Source: Ostrea edulis (taxonomy: Eukaryota). Taken from it: a stretch of 64,000 nucleotides of DNA. Positions 10,575 to 22,759 of this stretch are shown one piece after another (within the stretch, counting starts at the first letter, position 1; every line of letters starts with the position of its first letter). The stretch spans positions 91,202,001 to 91,266,000 of the forward strand of contig NC_079166.1 in the NCBI RefSeq assembly GCF_947568905.1, in the 5' to 3' direction. Under the pieces are notes generated by a model, which made no database searches, had not been told where the DNA came from, and worked only from the letters and a program-made list of their open reading frames with translations. The translations under genes were made by a program, and so were the position numbers.

Positions 10575-11849
10575 GCCTGAATTTTTCCGAGATTCTAACA
10601 CCTCTCTAACGGGGCCACATTACACTCTGACTCCCACCGACTTAAAACAAGATTATCTAGTATCGAGATAATTTGTTTATCTGAACCAGACAGCGCTGAA
10701 ATGAGTTCTTAATAACGTAGTTGATGAAACATTTAATGACGGATTATCATAAATGTGATACATACTAATTAGTTCTTGATTGCGAGGATGGTAGTGATGG
10801 AAATTTGCATTTTTGTTTGATAACATTGTTAGATAATACATACTGTATACAAATGATCTCTAACTGCGACCTTCTCTTTCACATCTAATAATGAGTAACG
10901 ATCCGACGATTATTATAGACACGACTCACACTCCAACACGAACAGAAAATAAAATGGCTCTCATTTCCCCTGGTATATCTTCATTTCCAAATAAAACAAA
11001 CAGAAACCATTGCAAAGTCCTTGGTGTCATCTTATTTGTTTTACGTCGCCTGGAAAACGTGTCCCTTCTATTAGCACGTCACGAGCTTCAGGTGGGGTAT
11101 CACAAATTTCAGCCTTTGCTTGGCGCTCAGGGTCTTTCTTATTCTTAATTATCAAATAATAACCAAAAATCAAGATCTTAACAAATACATAAAAAGTTAA
11201 GACCGTAAACTAAATTAATTGGGGGGGGGGGGGGGGGTGAGTGTAAAAAAGCCATGAAATTTAAGACAAGATATGAACAAAATAAAATAAATAAAACCCA
11301 ACTAAAAACGAAATGCGAAAATGGAAATAAATAAATTAATGATAATAGTAAAAAAAAAAAATTAAAAGTTCTATAATTCTAAATTGAGTATTAAAACTAT
11401 AAGCCTAAAAACGAAATGTAAAAATAGAAATTCAAAAATAAAAAAAGAAATCAAGCACGAAAATTATGAAGTATAACAACAGTTTAAAAAATAGAAATTA
11501 AGCCAAGTGTTAAGATAATGAATTGAAACACAAATGTAAATGTAAATAGTTGTGGTACGATATCCCTCCAATATTATCGGGAACAAAGACGTAGAGTGTA
11601 AATTAACATAAATGTGATGAATTTTAATTGTTTCTTGATTGTGAGGTATGGGGTGATGGGGATTTGTGTTTATGTATAGATAAAACAGGTTATACTGTCT
11701 CACAGCCTGCCTTTCCTGCCAATATTTATCTGAATGGTTTAACACCTACACGTTATTTATTCAATTTCTAAACGAGGGCACGATATCCCTGTATTCTGAC
11801 AATTTCCTCAACTCTTGGTGCCCTACCCAGAGTTTAAAGCACATAAGCA

Positions 11850-12270
11850 TAGTTCATGTCCTATGGTATGATACAGACATGCAATCAATTCATTTATTCA
11901 TTTAGTGTTTGGTTAAAGAGATTAAACATGGACAGTATTTTGGGCACTCTTCATCCTCTCCCCGAAAGATGGACAACATTTTTGGGCACTCCCCATCCCA
12001 TCCCCCAAACATGGACAATATTTTTGGGCATTCCCCATCCCATCCCCCAAACATGGACAATATTTTGGACACCCCTCTCCCCTCCTCTTCATGTCTACTC
12101 CAGGGATTTATTCAAAGTGTGGAACCCTTATGCACAGTTAGTGTATATATCCTTTTATGTATCATAAGAAGTGATTCGACTCTATTATGATTATGAAGAC
12201 AGACGGAAGGACAGACCAGGGCATCACACCATATACACTGTAATACGCCCACGTCATAATGCAAACATAC
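11850..12270. mobile_element. HINE-like (non-autonomous Helentron) remnant with 41-42 bp internal repeats
   Basis: Four units (11927, 11968, 12010, 12052) followed by a GACAGACGGAAGGACAGAC microsatellite-like stretch. Confidence 0.5.
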
Positions 12271-12494
12271 TAAAAGCAGGTTGATATTGGATGACTTCAT
12301 TCACCGACATGTTTTCATTGAAAGAGATACGTTGTTCGTTAACCTCTGTCAAGGAGGTTTGTCTTGATTATTTTAAATGAAAAACAAAACTTCAAATGAC
12401 TAAATATATGTATTGATTACAGTACTTCACACAGAGTAAATATATAGGAACGTCAGTTAGCAAAGTCACATTAGCCGAGTGTTACCAAAATGAC

Positions 12495-12540
<46 letters not shown>

Positions 12541-13039
12541 AAAAAAAAAACCAGCTTTACAAATTACAGTACATGGAAAAAACAACAAAAACATCACTAA
12601 CATTTTCAAATTCATATACCTTGCAATCTTTCGTTGTAATTTTGACATCAGAATTTCTGTTGTTTATGTAGAAAGAATGGGCTAAAGATTATTGTATAGA
12701 AGTAAATAATTCGCTGTGGATTTTTCTTACATGAATGATTCTGGGTTGTTTTTAATTCTCAGAGTTATATTTCTCCATATTTTAACGCATTCCTGGGTTT
12801 TAATCACAGTTCATAATTAAACAAAAGTTCATACGTCCTAGCTGACGGTTCCTTCAATGTGACAAAGACATTGTAGTGTAACACATACATAAAAATCTTA
12901 CAACAAATACGGATATAAATATTTGTTTCAAAGAAATCAACAGGAGCCCCATGATCGTCTGCTTCATTTATCTTAAGATATGAAAGAAAGAAATTTCATT
13001 TTTTGAAAATACATGAGAAAATGAATTGCGACGCTTTAC

Positions 13040-15146
13040 GCCGGTGTAGAGGCAAATTTTGACTCCCATAGAATAATGACAGAGGGTCATTTTTCGACGT
13101 CGAAAAGTGACTCCCGGTCATTATTCGACGTAGAATAATGGCCCCTTTTGCCCGTAGAAAAAATGCTTTTTCAAAAAATCAGTCCATTTCACGTTTAGAA
13201 AAATGACCCCCGTAGAATAATGACCCCCTTGTAAATTTTATTAAGGATTATTTCTCTGGTAATGCCTAAGGGAGACAGTCCAACATTGTCATATTATAAG
13301 TAAATCTATCATTCATATGAAACGTAACCAGATTAAAACATATTAGGAATTGTAATTTTGTTTAAAAATAGTGAGGGGCACCAAAGAAATTCACCTTAAA
13401 CACATCTTGACTTGACAAGAAAAAAATAAATAAATAAAATAAAAAACACGTAGGATATCCTTCTGACACTCCAAAATCCTATTTCGTGGGGCGGGGGGGG
13501 GGACTTTACACTTTCCTTGTCACTTTTTGGGGGTGCACTTTATATACTTTGCTTGTATGCCATTTCCTACTGACTTCATTAATCAAGTTTCATGTATTTT
13601 CATGTCTCCCGAAGAAAATTTTGAAGAATTCAAGATTCATGGCCTCTGGAGGGTCTTCCGACTGTAATGGCTCAAAATTGTTTTATTTGTGGGTTCTAAC
13701 TAACAATCCCAGTCTGATAAAAATGAGATCCTCCATCTGCTCCTTTGTTGTTATCTTGTAGAGACAATATGAAAACAAAGGAGCGGATCGGGGATCTTAT
13801 TCTAATCAGATTGTAAAAAAGCCTTACATAAGGGGGCGCACAACCATATTTCTTCCCCCTTTGAAAAGTGTGGGGGCATGTGCCCCGGCTGTATCTTCCC
13901 CTACTCCCCTGTACTGTGTACGACATACTGCACTTTTGAACATTGCAATGGGGGGGGGGGGGGGGGGGGGTCCCCTTCTAATATAAATGAGATATAACTA
14001 TTTTCACCGTGAGAAAATTTGTCTTGTAACTAACCATTTTATGACGGTTTAAAACGTAACTCGGTCCAAAAAAATGTAGTACAGAGAGAATAGGTTATGT
14101 ACATGCAAGAAATAATGCGTTGAGTGCTGAAGACCTGCATATTAGAATTGAGTATTTTTTTTAACGGTGGTATATTCTCATCTGATCAATCTATGTTAAT
14201 TTTGTGTTAAAAAAGTGAGGGGGCACAAACCCACTTGTGCCCCCCCCCCCCCTCTTCCAAAAGTGAGGGGACACGTGCCCCCGTCCCCTTGTCCTACACC
14301 CCTGATAGGCATAAATTATCCAGTGAAATGCTATAGTCTACCCAAAGTTATCGTTCGCATACTCACTAATACCTCTATCAACACTTACTCATTTTTCACA
14401 ATTTTTGAAAAACGATAATGATGCGTAAATGAAATAAGCTATTGACTTTAGTTGCAAACAATGTATGTCAGTTCATCAGTTTTAAGAAGATTTCACGCCT
14501 CTCTGTGACACAAGAAGTATTGTATTTAGACGCAGCTCTTTTTTATGTGTGTGTTTGATTACACAAGATCTATACATGTAAATAGATAGCATAAATACAT
14601 TGGTAGATTCAGAGGGAGGTGTGGAGGTTTTATAGGTTGTACCTCTGCCTATCCTTACAAAATGTTGCTTAATGAGGTAAAAATAACACATTTTGAGAAT
14701 GGAACTCCCCTTTTGAAAACTAAAATTTATGGTAGAACCCCTTTTTGAAAATTCTCTGGATCCGTCCCTGAAATACGCGGGGTTTTTTTCAGTTGTAATT
14801 GGTCATGGAACCTACAGTGGGTTTTCCTCAAATTTAATGAACTAGTTCTTACTTTTATTTTATTAACCGTGAAAAAAATTTACACATGGAATAAATTTGA
14901 TAAGAGGAGCAGCAGGAACGATAACTCTGGGTAAATAATAACCTGAATCCTTTAAAATAAATCAATCTGCTAAGAAAAGGAGGGGGTAATTTTTCTACGG
15001 GGGTCATTACTTTTCAGGTATGGCACGCAAAATAATGACCCCTGGGTCTTCTCTCTACAAAATTATCCAATTTTTCTACGGCTAGGAGGTCATTTTTCGA
15101 CGTCGAAAATTATTCTATGGGAGTCAAAATTTGCCTCTACACCGGC
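13040..15146. mobile_element. 2.1-kb non-autonomous TIR element
   Basis: Perfect 38-bp TIR GCCGGTGTAGAGGCAAATTTTGACTCCCATAGAATAAT (13040-13077 / 15109-15146); subterminal TAGAA(T/A)AATGACC and TTTTCGACGTCGAAAA repeats; no coding capacity; TSD unclear. Confidence 0.8.
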
Positions 15147-15904
15147 ACACTTCAAAACGCGCGTTAGCTTCTTTATTGCGAGGTCAATATTAGTCTCAAG
15201 TTGATTATGTAAACTAGTCCAACTTTTAATTTCCTAAGATGTTAAGCAGATTGTTATGCATTGATTATTATATCATAGATCATCAAGGCAAACTCTGGAA
15301 CCTCTAAATGCCACAATTCGTTACCTTTGTGCTGTGATATTTCGCATTTGACGTGTGCTGTGAGAAACTATATGTACTAATAGGTCTAAATTACATTTTA
15401 TAATATTGTATTTATGTAAAAAAAAAAAAATTATGGGGGAGATACAAATAACTTTGTGCACAATAATTTGTTGTCTGTCAAAAAAGAAAGAAAGCATTTT
15501 TAAAGATAAAATAGTTATACACATTATCGCCAGGTATTGTTTATTAGGTGTGTTTTTTTTTAAAGAATATTGAACAATCGACAATATATTCATTTTATAA
15601 ATAAGCCTATAGAGAGTTTGTTCAATATTGAAGAAAACTGATATCAACCATTACTGGTAACACGATGTACACGGTGAAGAAAGAGACTGATAGCATCTAT
15701 TAGAAAGCAGACTGAAAATACCCCATCGTATAACGTCGACGATATGAATAACCAATCATTAAGACTTTCATACTATTATCATACATTTTCAATTTTTCCC
15801 TCCTAATCTCATCAGCTTACGAGGGGACATAACGGCTCCGTGAAACATATCTTGGTAAAGTTCAACGTTGAATTTTGTTAAAACACACTGAAATACAAGC
15901 GACA

Positions 15905-16160
15905 TTTACAAAGGAAAATACAACAACCCTGCTGGTTATCTTTACACTAGAAAATACAACAACCCTGCTGGTTATCTTAACACTAGAAAATACAACAACC
16001 CTGCTGCTTATCTTTACACTAGAAAATACAACAACCCTGCTGGTTATCTTTACACTAGAAAATACAACAACCCTGCTGGTTATCTTTACACTAGAAAATA
16101 CAACAACCCTGCTGGTTATCTTTACACTAGAAAATACAACAACCCTGCTGGTTATCTTTA
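15905..16160. repeat. 36-bp minisatellite, about 7 units
   Basis: Unit AAAATACAACAACCCTGCTGGTTATCTTTACACTAG. Confidence 0.95.
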
Positions 16161-16436
16161 AAGAGTGTAACATGAAATACAGTCAAGCTTCGTTATCTCA
16201 AACTCAATAGGGCCGAGGGAAAAACGTCGAGATATCCCTGGATTCAAGATATTGAGGTTGAAAAAGATAACGAAAATGTAGCTAGGACTTCCAGCCCACC
16301 TCGACGTGTCAATGGTATTCAAAGTATCCATGTTCAAGATACTCAAGCAAGTTCAAATGTGTTGAGTTTTTGTGCATGTCCAAAACAAATAGCTTTTCCA
16401 TAGAAATTCAGTGTAAAATATTTTTCAACACAAGGA

Positions 16437-16701
16437 ATCCTGTATGTAACTCAATGTCCCTTCATTTAGTTGTATCCTGTATTTAACTCAATGTCCCTTC
16501 ATTTAGTTGTATCCTGTATTTAACTCAATGTCCCTTCATTTAGTTGTATCCTGTATTTAACTCAATGTCCCTTCATTTAGTTGTATCCTGTATTTAACTC
16601 AATGTTCCTTCATTCAGTTGTATCCCGTATTTAACTCAATGTCCCTTCATTCAGTTGTATCCTGTATTTAAATCAATGTCCCTTCATTCAGTTGTATCCT
16701 G
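16437..16701. repeat. 37-bp minisatellite, about 7 units, overlapping the patatin stop codon
   Basis: Unit ATCCTGTATTTAACTCAATGTCCCTTCATTTAGTTGT (period 37 at 16448/16485). Confidence 0.95.
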
Positions 16702-16746
16702 TGGTGAATTTCCACCAAAATAAGCTCTGATTGCATATTCACCCTG
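16684..16746 (-). CDS. Patatin-like phospholipase, last coding exon (QGEYAIRAYFGGNSPQDTTE*)
   Basis: Acceptor TTTATTTCACAG (NAGNAG), phase 0, TGA at 16684-16686. Confidence 0.7.
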   Translation of the reverse strand, partial: QGEYAIRAYFGGNSPQDTTE

Positions 16747-16842
16747 CTGTGAAATAAAATAGAAGCCAATAGTTCTTCTTGTCTGTAACATATTGTTTCA
16801 TATATTGTGCATATATTGTGCATACAATTTATTTTGTGATGG

Positions 16843-17020
16843 TGAAAGATGAAGATAACGAACAGTGATCAATCTCATAACTCCTATAAGCAATACAGGA
16901 TAGAGAGTTGGGCAAACACAGATCACTGGATATACCAGAGGTGAGATCAGGTGCCTAGGAGGAGTAAGCATCCCCTGTCGACCGGTAACACCCGCCGTTA
17001 GCCCTATATATTGATCAGGT
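16843..17020 (-). mobile_element. Penelope-like RT family (family B), 3' UTR fragment
   Basis: Shares the GAGATTGATCACTGTTCGTTATCTTCA terminus and GGGATGCTTACTCCTCCTAGGCACCTGATC block with the other copies. Confidence 0.8.
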
Positions 17021-17076
17021 GATTCAAAAAATACGCTAGGAAGCATATCCTACTTAGACTGGAGAAATTTAGTTAC

Positions 17077-17181
17077 TTTTGTCAAAAACTTTTTGTCCCA
17101 CTCTTCCATCTTGAAATCTGTTGTGCCAATGTACTTCGTTTCTATAGTAATTGTTCGCCAATCATTGCGTTCATGATAATC
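17077..17181 (-). CDS. Patatin-like phospholipase exon (DYHERNDWRTITIETKYIGTTDFKMEEWDKKFLTK)
   Basis: TTGCAG acceptor, GTAACT donor, phase 0-0; resembles the RT..I.T.Y..TTDF C-terminal motif I recall for this family. Confidence 0.8.
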
Positions 17182-17245
17182 CTGCAATGTAAGGTTAAAA
17201 TGTAGAGCAAACGTAAAATACTTACACACACACACACACACACAC

Positions 17246-17283
<38 letters not shown>

Positions 17284-17406
17284 CTCTAAACACTTTGTAG
17301 AAATATTTCGACCGTGTTACCGGTCTTCTTAAGTCGTGTTTATCTCTCATAGCAACGCAACGCAAGGCTACCTTAGTTTTATTTTTCTTTATATATTACT
17401 TCGAAA

Positions 17407-17465
<59 letters not shown>

Positions 17466-17504
17466 CAATTACAACTACAAAATACCACAACAATTACACC
17501 TTAC

Positions 17505-17669
17505 CCCGTACACATCATCGGCTTTCGATGTAACATCGAGCAAATCTGTTACACCATGCACAAAATCAAACAATCCACTAATTTTTTTTTTTGGATTATT
17601 TGTCATCCATTCCGCTAAAGGTCTCCTTGTTATTTCATAAATGGCACTTTCCAGATCCCGAAACGTAAA
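17505..17669 (-). CDS. Patatin-like phospholipase exon (FTFRDLESAI...ADDVYG)
   Basis: TTCCTTGTACAG acceptor, GTAAGG donor, 165 nt, phase 0-0, no stops. Confidence 0.75.
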
Positions 17670-17966
17670 CTGTACAAGGAAGTGATAAAATGACATGTAA
17701 TTCTACAGGACCATTCATTAAATTTGAATATATAGAAATGAAATCAAGAAAGATAGCTATTGTATAATAACACAATTTCTTATATATTGCCATGAAAACT
17801 TTGAAACACGTAATTGGCAGTGGATAGACATTGTTATCAAATATGTTCAATAAAAATGGCTCCTTCGATCTATGCAAAAGATTTTACAATCCATCAGATG
17901 AGCACTGAGTGTGAATGTTTTATGCTTTTGTTTGTCAGATTTCTGATTCAATGATAACTCTCTTAC

Positions 17967-17990
17967 ACGAATGTCCCCTTCTCTTTGTTC
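17967..17990 (-). CDS. Candidate 24-nt microexon (EQREGDIR)
   Basis: TAATTTCAG acceptor, GTAAGA donor, phase 0-0. Confidence 0.45.
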
Positions 17991-18146
17991 CTGAAATTAG
18001 AATTAAGAACTGATGGAAAAACTAAGACAAAAGGGGAATAGAATTAAACTTTGCTTCCAATTGCTGGCGAAAGACGAACGACGGACATATGTATTGTTAA
18101 TGGGTTAATTACACTCACATTTGGAAAAAACAAGTGGTCGAAATTA

Positions 18147-18193
<47 letters not shown>

Positions 18194-18767
18194 CTGCAAT
18201 GGTTGATTTCCTTACTTTTTCTAACTTCCTCTTTAACTCTGGAGCGTTATTAAGGATATCTAGAATACTGTCCCTTGAAACCATCGTGAAATCTGGTTGG
18301 TTGTCTCCAGTTCTCAAAACCTACAATCAACAATTAGGTAAAGTTAAATTGGTCCTTCTTTAGAAAAATGAATGGCATTAAAGAAAGTTGTAGACATTTT
18401 TGTTTTAGGATGCAATAAGATTACAATGAAAAGGTGAAGATAAGGAACAGTGATCAATTTCATAACTCCTATAGGAATACAAAATTAAAAGTTTGGCAAA
18501 TACAGACCTCTGGATATACCGGAGGAAGGATCAGGTACATAGGAGGAGTAAGCACCCCCTGTCGACCAGTAACAGCCGCCGTGATTATTATACCTTCCTT
18601 AGGTAAACGGAGTAATTTACAGTCAAAATCAGTGTGTAAAGAACGGTCTAACAATTGATATGAAACATGTCCGACAGCATTTGACCCGATGAGAGGTTGT
18701 ATTAGCAAACGGAATCATTATAAGGAGTATATTTGTAAAATTCTGACTTTAAACGAGATTGTTGGTT

Positions 18768-19101
18768 GGCCTCTGCTGGTGGACTGTTAGTCCCTGAGGG
18801 TCTTTACAGCCCAGTGGCTAAGTATTTCGTTACTAGCTTGAAAATACGGATGTATATTTAATTGCTGTTATAAAATTTAGAAATTCATTTCAAAATTAAG
18901 GATTATCTCCCTCACGCATAGCTCTTATCCTTTGAGGAAATTGACTCCACTTTTTTCGCACACTGTTTTTCGCTATAATAGCTCTAAAACTTCATTGTTA
19001 TTTCGGATTTCAAACATTTCGGTTGAGCATCACTGAAGAGACATTATTTGTCGAAATGCGCATATGGTGCATCAAAATTGGTACCGTATAAGTTTTACAT
19101 T
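18768..19101 (+). mobile_element. Hammerhead-bearing 350-nt family, 5'-truncated monomer
   Basis: Highly similar to 3835-4168; ends in TTTTACATT; flanked by ATTGTTG at 18758-18764 and 19099-19105. Confidence 0.9.
19027..19070 (+). ncRNA. Minimal type I hammerhead ribozyme, copy 3 (AUA cleavage triplet)
   Basis: Same fold; C17 replaced by A, which the NUH rule allows. Confidence 0.82.
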
Positions 19102-19739
19102 GTTGAAATCCTTGTGACATCTGCATATTTTTAGGAGCCTGCCTCGATTTAGATACTGTTCATACGCAGAACAAGCTCTTGCGTAACGAATCAGTTGAGA
19201 GACATAAACACAATATGCAGGCGATAATGGAATTTTGCTAGAGAAATACGGGAAGTTGACGATGAAGAAGCATAAGTAATCGCGTATGTCATAAAGTTTG
19301 GAGTTGCCATCTATGTTGAACTAGAAATACGTACATATCACATGGATGTCCCGCCTAATGTAACATTTTAAATGCAATACAAAACCAGGGATTCATCGGT
19401 ACCCTCTCATGGATGGCCCGAATAAAAAGAGAAAACCTTTCAAACACTCTTCATTATCAGTCTAATGCATGGTTTCTATGGTAGAGTGAAGTATTCTAAT
19501 TCAAAAACATAACCTTTTCTCGAAAAGTGTTTTATCTATAAACTTTTTGACTCAGGTATCACCCATTTGTTTCACTCTGAATATCATTCAAATTTACCAA
19601 AATTCTAAGAAAGTTGCTATAGATGAATATTTATTTTGCATTGGTTAATGGTGCCTAGCTATAAATAGAAAGGTTATCATTATTCAAAATTACTTCTAAC
19701 AAAAAATAAAAACATACACTCACATGAAATACAAATCCT

Positions 19740-20190
19740 CATTTAAATACATGGACACGACAAACTTTATATGTTCTGGTTATATTCAGAAAGGGCAAAA
19801 CACATTCCTCAATTAATTGCTTTGAAACTGAGCTAACCATCGAATAGGAAATAATGAGGTTAAGGTCACAGGAAAAGTCAAGGTAAAAAAAAAACCTCTC
19901 ACAGTTGAATAACTACCACTAACATGTATCAGTTTTCATAAAAATGTTGTCAATAGTTGCTATGAAACTAAGCGTTTTCCTCGGATAGGGAAAGTGAGGT
20001 CAAGGTCAAAGAAATTGTCCAGGTCAAAACATAAATGTCTCCAATATGTGCCAGAATAGGGTTTGATAAAAATGTCTTGCATAGTTCTTTGAAACTGAGC
20101 TAAACGCAAATTATGGCAGGAGGAAAGACGGAAGGACGGATATGACAAACACAATACGTCCCGGCCATATTCATGGCAGGGCGTAATAAG
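19740..20190. mobile_element. HINE-like remnant
   Basis: AGGTCAAGGTCA-type internal repeats, GACGGAAGGACGGA stretch and terminal hairpin CGTCCCGGCC...GGCAGGGCG. Confidence 0.55.
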
Positions 20191-20443
20191 ATATCTATCT
20201 ACTCCCTCTAGGCACATGCTCCATTTCCAGTGGTCCGCGTTTACCCTACTCTTAATGTGTATTGTTTATAGGAATTATGAGATCGAATACTATTCGTGAG
20301 CTTCACCTCTTCAGTTATTGGTCATATAAATACCACTACATCCATGCAAGAAAAACGTGACATTAAATCACTAGGATTCATCTACATACTAGTCATGACC
20401 AACCTGCCCATACTGATCGATGGTCATTTCACAGCGGGGTTAA

Positions 20444-21302
20444 GGTGTTCCGAGTAAAATAATAAGTAATAACAGAATATTCATATAAAAGTAGAATTCT
20501 TTCAAGCGTCGCATATTTGTAGTAAAAATCGTTTGTCAATACATAAACAAACATCGTATCACGTGGGGAAATCCTTTGCTTAACTATTACGTCGTCATAC
20601 AAGTGACGTAGAGCTATTTTTATCCGCTAGACCTTTAGTTGTTTATCACCTCGGTGCAGTTGAAAGATGCACTCAAATCATTTGCAGTTTGGGCTTGATA
20701 TGTCGACATTGATATGGTAAATTTAAAGAGTGATACGGATCGGTACAATATCCTCTCAAATATAGCAATTTCCATAATCTCAACTCAAATGTTGGGCATT
20801 TTCCACATTCACATCCAAATCGTATCTAAACGAGGCAAAATATTGTACCTTCCGTATCAAAATCCTAAATCTGCAACTAGTTACCTTTCTGAATATGCCT
20901 TGATCGAAATAAAATATCGTCATCTTTCACCTGTATCTAGTCGATATGTACATGCGTTTGTTTTCTTTATTCCAAATGACTATACACATCGGGGGCGATA
21001 TCAAGGTCACAAAGTGATGTAAAGATTACTTTACAGTCTTTCGTGCACATACTATATATAAAAATATGAGACATATATTATCGAAGAAAACTGGGGAAAA
21101 ATCATCTGACAAACAGATTTAAACACATACAGCTTGTACACTAGATAACGGCAATGATTAGCGAGAAAATATTATGACATTTGCCCCGCGATACAACTAT
21201 AGACCTGTACGTCGTGACGTACTTTTATATTGTGACGTCATATAGTATGAAGTGCACCGAGGTATATTTTATGATGTTTGTTTTAACTTTACTCGGGGCA
21301 CC
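20444..21302. mobile_element. Kolobok-like non-autonomous element (TTAA TSD)
   Basis: TTAA|GGTGTTCCGAGTAAA ... TTTACTCGGGGCACC|TTAA. Confidence 0.7.
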
Positions 21303-21306
21303 TTAA

Positions 21307-21547
21307 CCCTGCTGCGTTGGCAAATATTTCTAAGTAGAGAATGAATCGAAATAGAAAATAAATAACACTATTTTGTATTTCTTATCATAGTTATGAGATT
21401 GATCACTGTTCGTTATCTTCACATTCTAATGCATGCTGAAAAACCCATGACCTTCTGACATGAAAACCATTCAGGGTCATCAGCTAGTCATATCTAGCCT
21501 TAACTAGGATCAATGCCTAACTGTTAATCAACGAATTTGCAGCAGGG
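21307..21547. mobile_element. piggyBac-like MITE (TTAA TSD)
   Basis: TTAA|CCCTGCTGC ... GCAGCAGGG|TTAA; 9-bp perfect TIR; contains a family B 3' end at about 21365-21425. Confidence 0.55.
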
Positions 21548-21554
21548 TTAAGGT

Positions 21555-21810
21555 CACGTCAGACAGCATTTGACCCAATGATAGGTTGTATTGACGAACT
21601 AGATCGTTATAACGAACATAGAATTTGCGAAATGCTGACTTCAGTCGAGACTACATAAATATGGAAATTGACGACACTGGAGCTGAAATTATCCCGTTTG
21701 TCATAGAGATGAGTTGTTAGTTTGCCGTTAATACCTACTTTCAATGAAATATCTAAGTATAAAGCAGAAGTGGACAACTCTGTGGTATCTTATTTCGAGT
21801 TCACAGGGAC
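21555..21810 (-). mobile_element. Family B RT fragment with internal deletion
   Basis: PCELE..DTTE.STSA.YLDI...NGKLTTHLYDKRD..VVNF fused to SRLKSAFRKFY.RYNDLV.QYNLSLGQMLSDV. Confidence 0.75.
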
Positions 21811-22558
21811 ATTCTAATTGATATTAAAAAACTAGAATAGAGGATTTTGAAATGTGAACGGTGCTGACTGATGATGGTGTGGTATACGTATAGTTAAATT
21901 CTATATGAAATTTAATTTCAATATAGCAATTATTTCATTTCACGAAGAAAAAGTAATATGCAACTTGGTTTAAAAAAAATCTATGCTAACAATCAAAACA
22001 TGAGGTAATTTAATTCATATCATATATTTATCGAGTAATAAGTGATTTTGACCGCCGACTTGTCTTGTGAAACTTCACAGATTTACCCTCAAATGTGCCA
22101 ATATTCAGTGATATTCCAATATTCTAATATTACATGAAAGGTGAAGACAAAGATCAGTGATCAATCTCATTACTATAATGATAAGAGATTTCACACTGAT
22201 ATGTAAATGCATAGTGAACTTCAATACATGTGACAGGAGTGTGATGTTAACTACATTTAAAACGTCTGAATAGCATTAAAGCTGTACAAAATTTCGAAGT
22301 GTATGTCTAATTCAAGAAACAAGCTGTATTTGCAAAAGACCTATTATTTACTATTGTAACAAATTTACCTTTCATTTCAATTTGAAATATGATTTTGACC
22401 CTCAAATATTATTACTGGTAGCAAGTAATTTGCTCATCTTCATCTTTTAGTCTCTCATAGTACAAGATGAGAATTTATATGGTTAATAATGCAATGAAAC
22501 AGACAGATAACAATACTGAACCACGTGAACTGAAAACAGTTTTCAAGTGCTGACTTAC

Positions 22559-22631
22559 CCCGAGCAGTTTATTGATGCAGGAAATTGTTTCGAGTCCTCT
22601 ATTCATAGCTTTGACTCTTTCAATATATTTC
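22559..22631 (-). CDS. Patatin-like phospholipase exon (RKYIERVKAMNRGLETISCINKLLG)
   Basis: TTTTCAACAG acceptor, GTAAGT donor, phase 2-0. Confidence 0.7.
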
Positions 22632-22759
22632 CTGTTGAAAATATTTACAAAAGTTAGAACAAAATAACAGTACAACAAATTAAACTGTCTCTTGAGAGCT
22701 TGTTTGTTTGACTGTTGTTTTACTTTCATTTAAGAAACTTTTACTCTTTTGTTGTACCC

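Larger units (their letters stand above)
18426..19325 (-). mobile_element. Family B copy: RT thumb-region coding fragment plus 3' UTR, interrupted by a hammerhead element
   Basis: Minus strand encodes KLYD..IVNFPY..IPLSPAY.VYVSQLIRYARACS...QQSRLKS..YNLS.GQMLSD.FH..C* then about 200 nt of UTR. The PLE assignment comes from recalled motif similarity. Confidence 0.7.
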
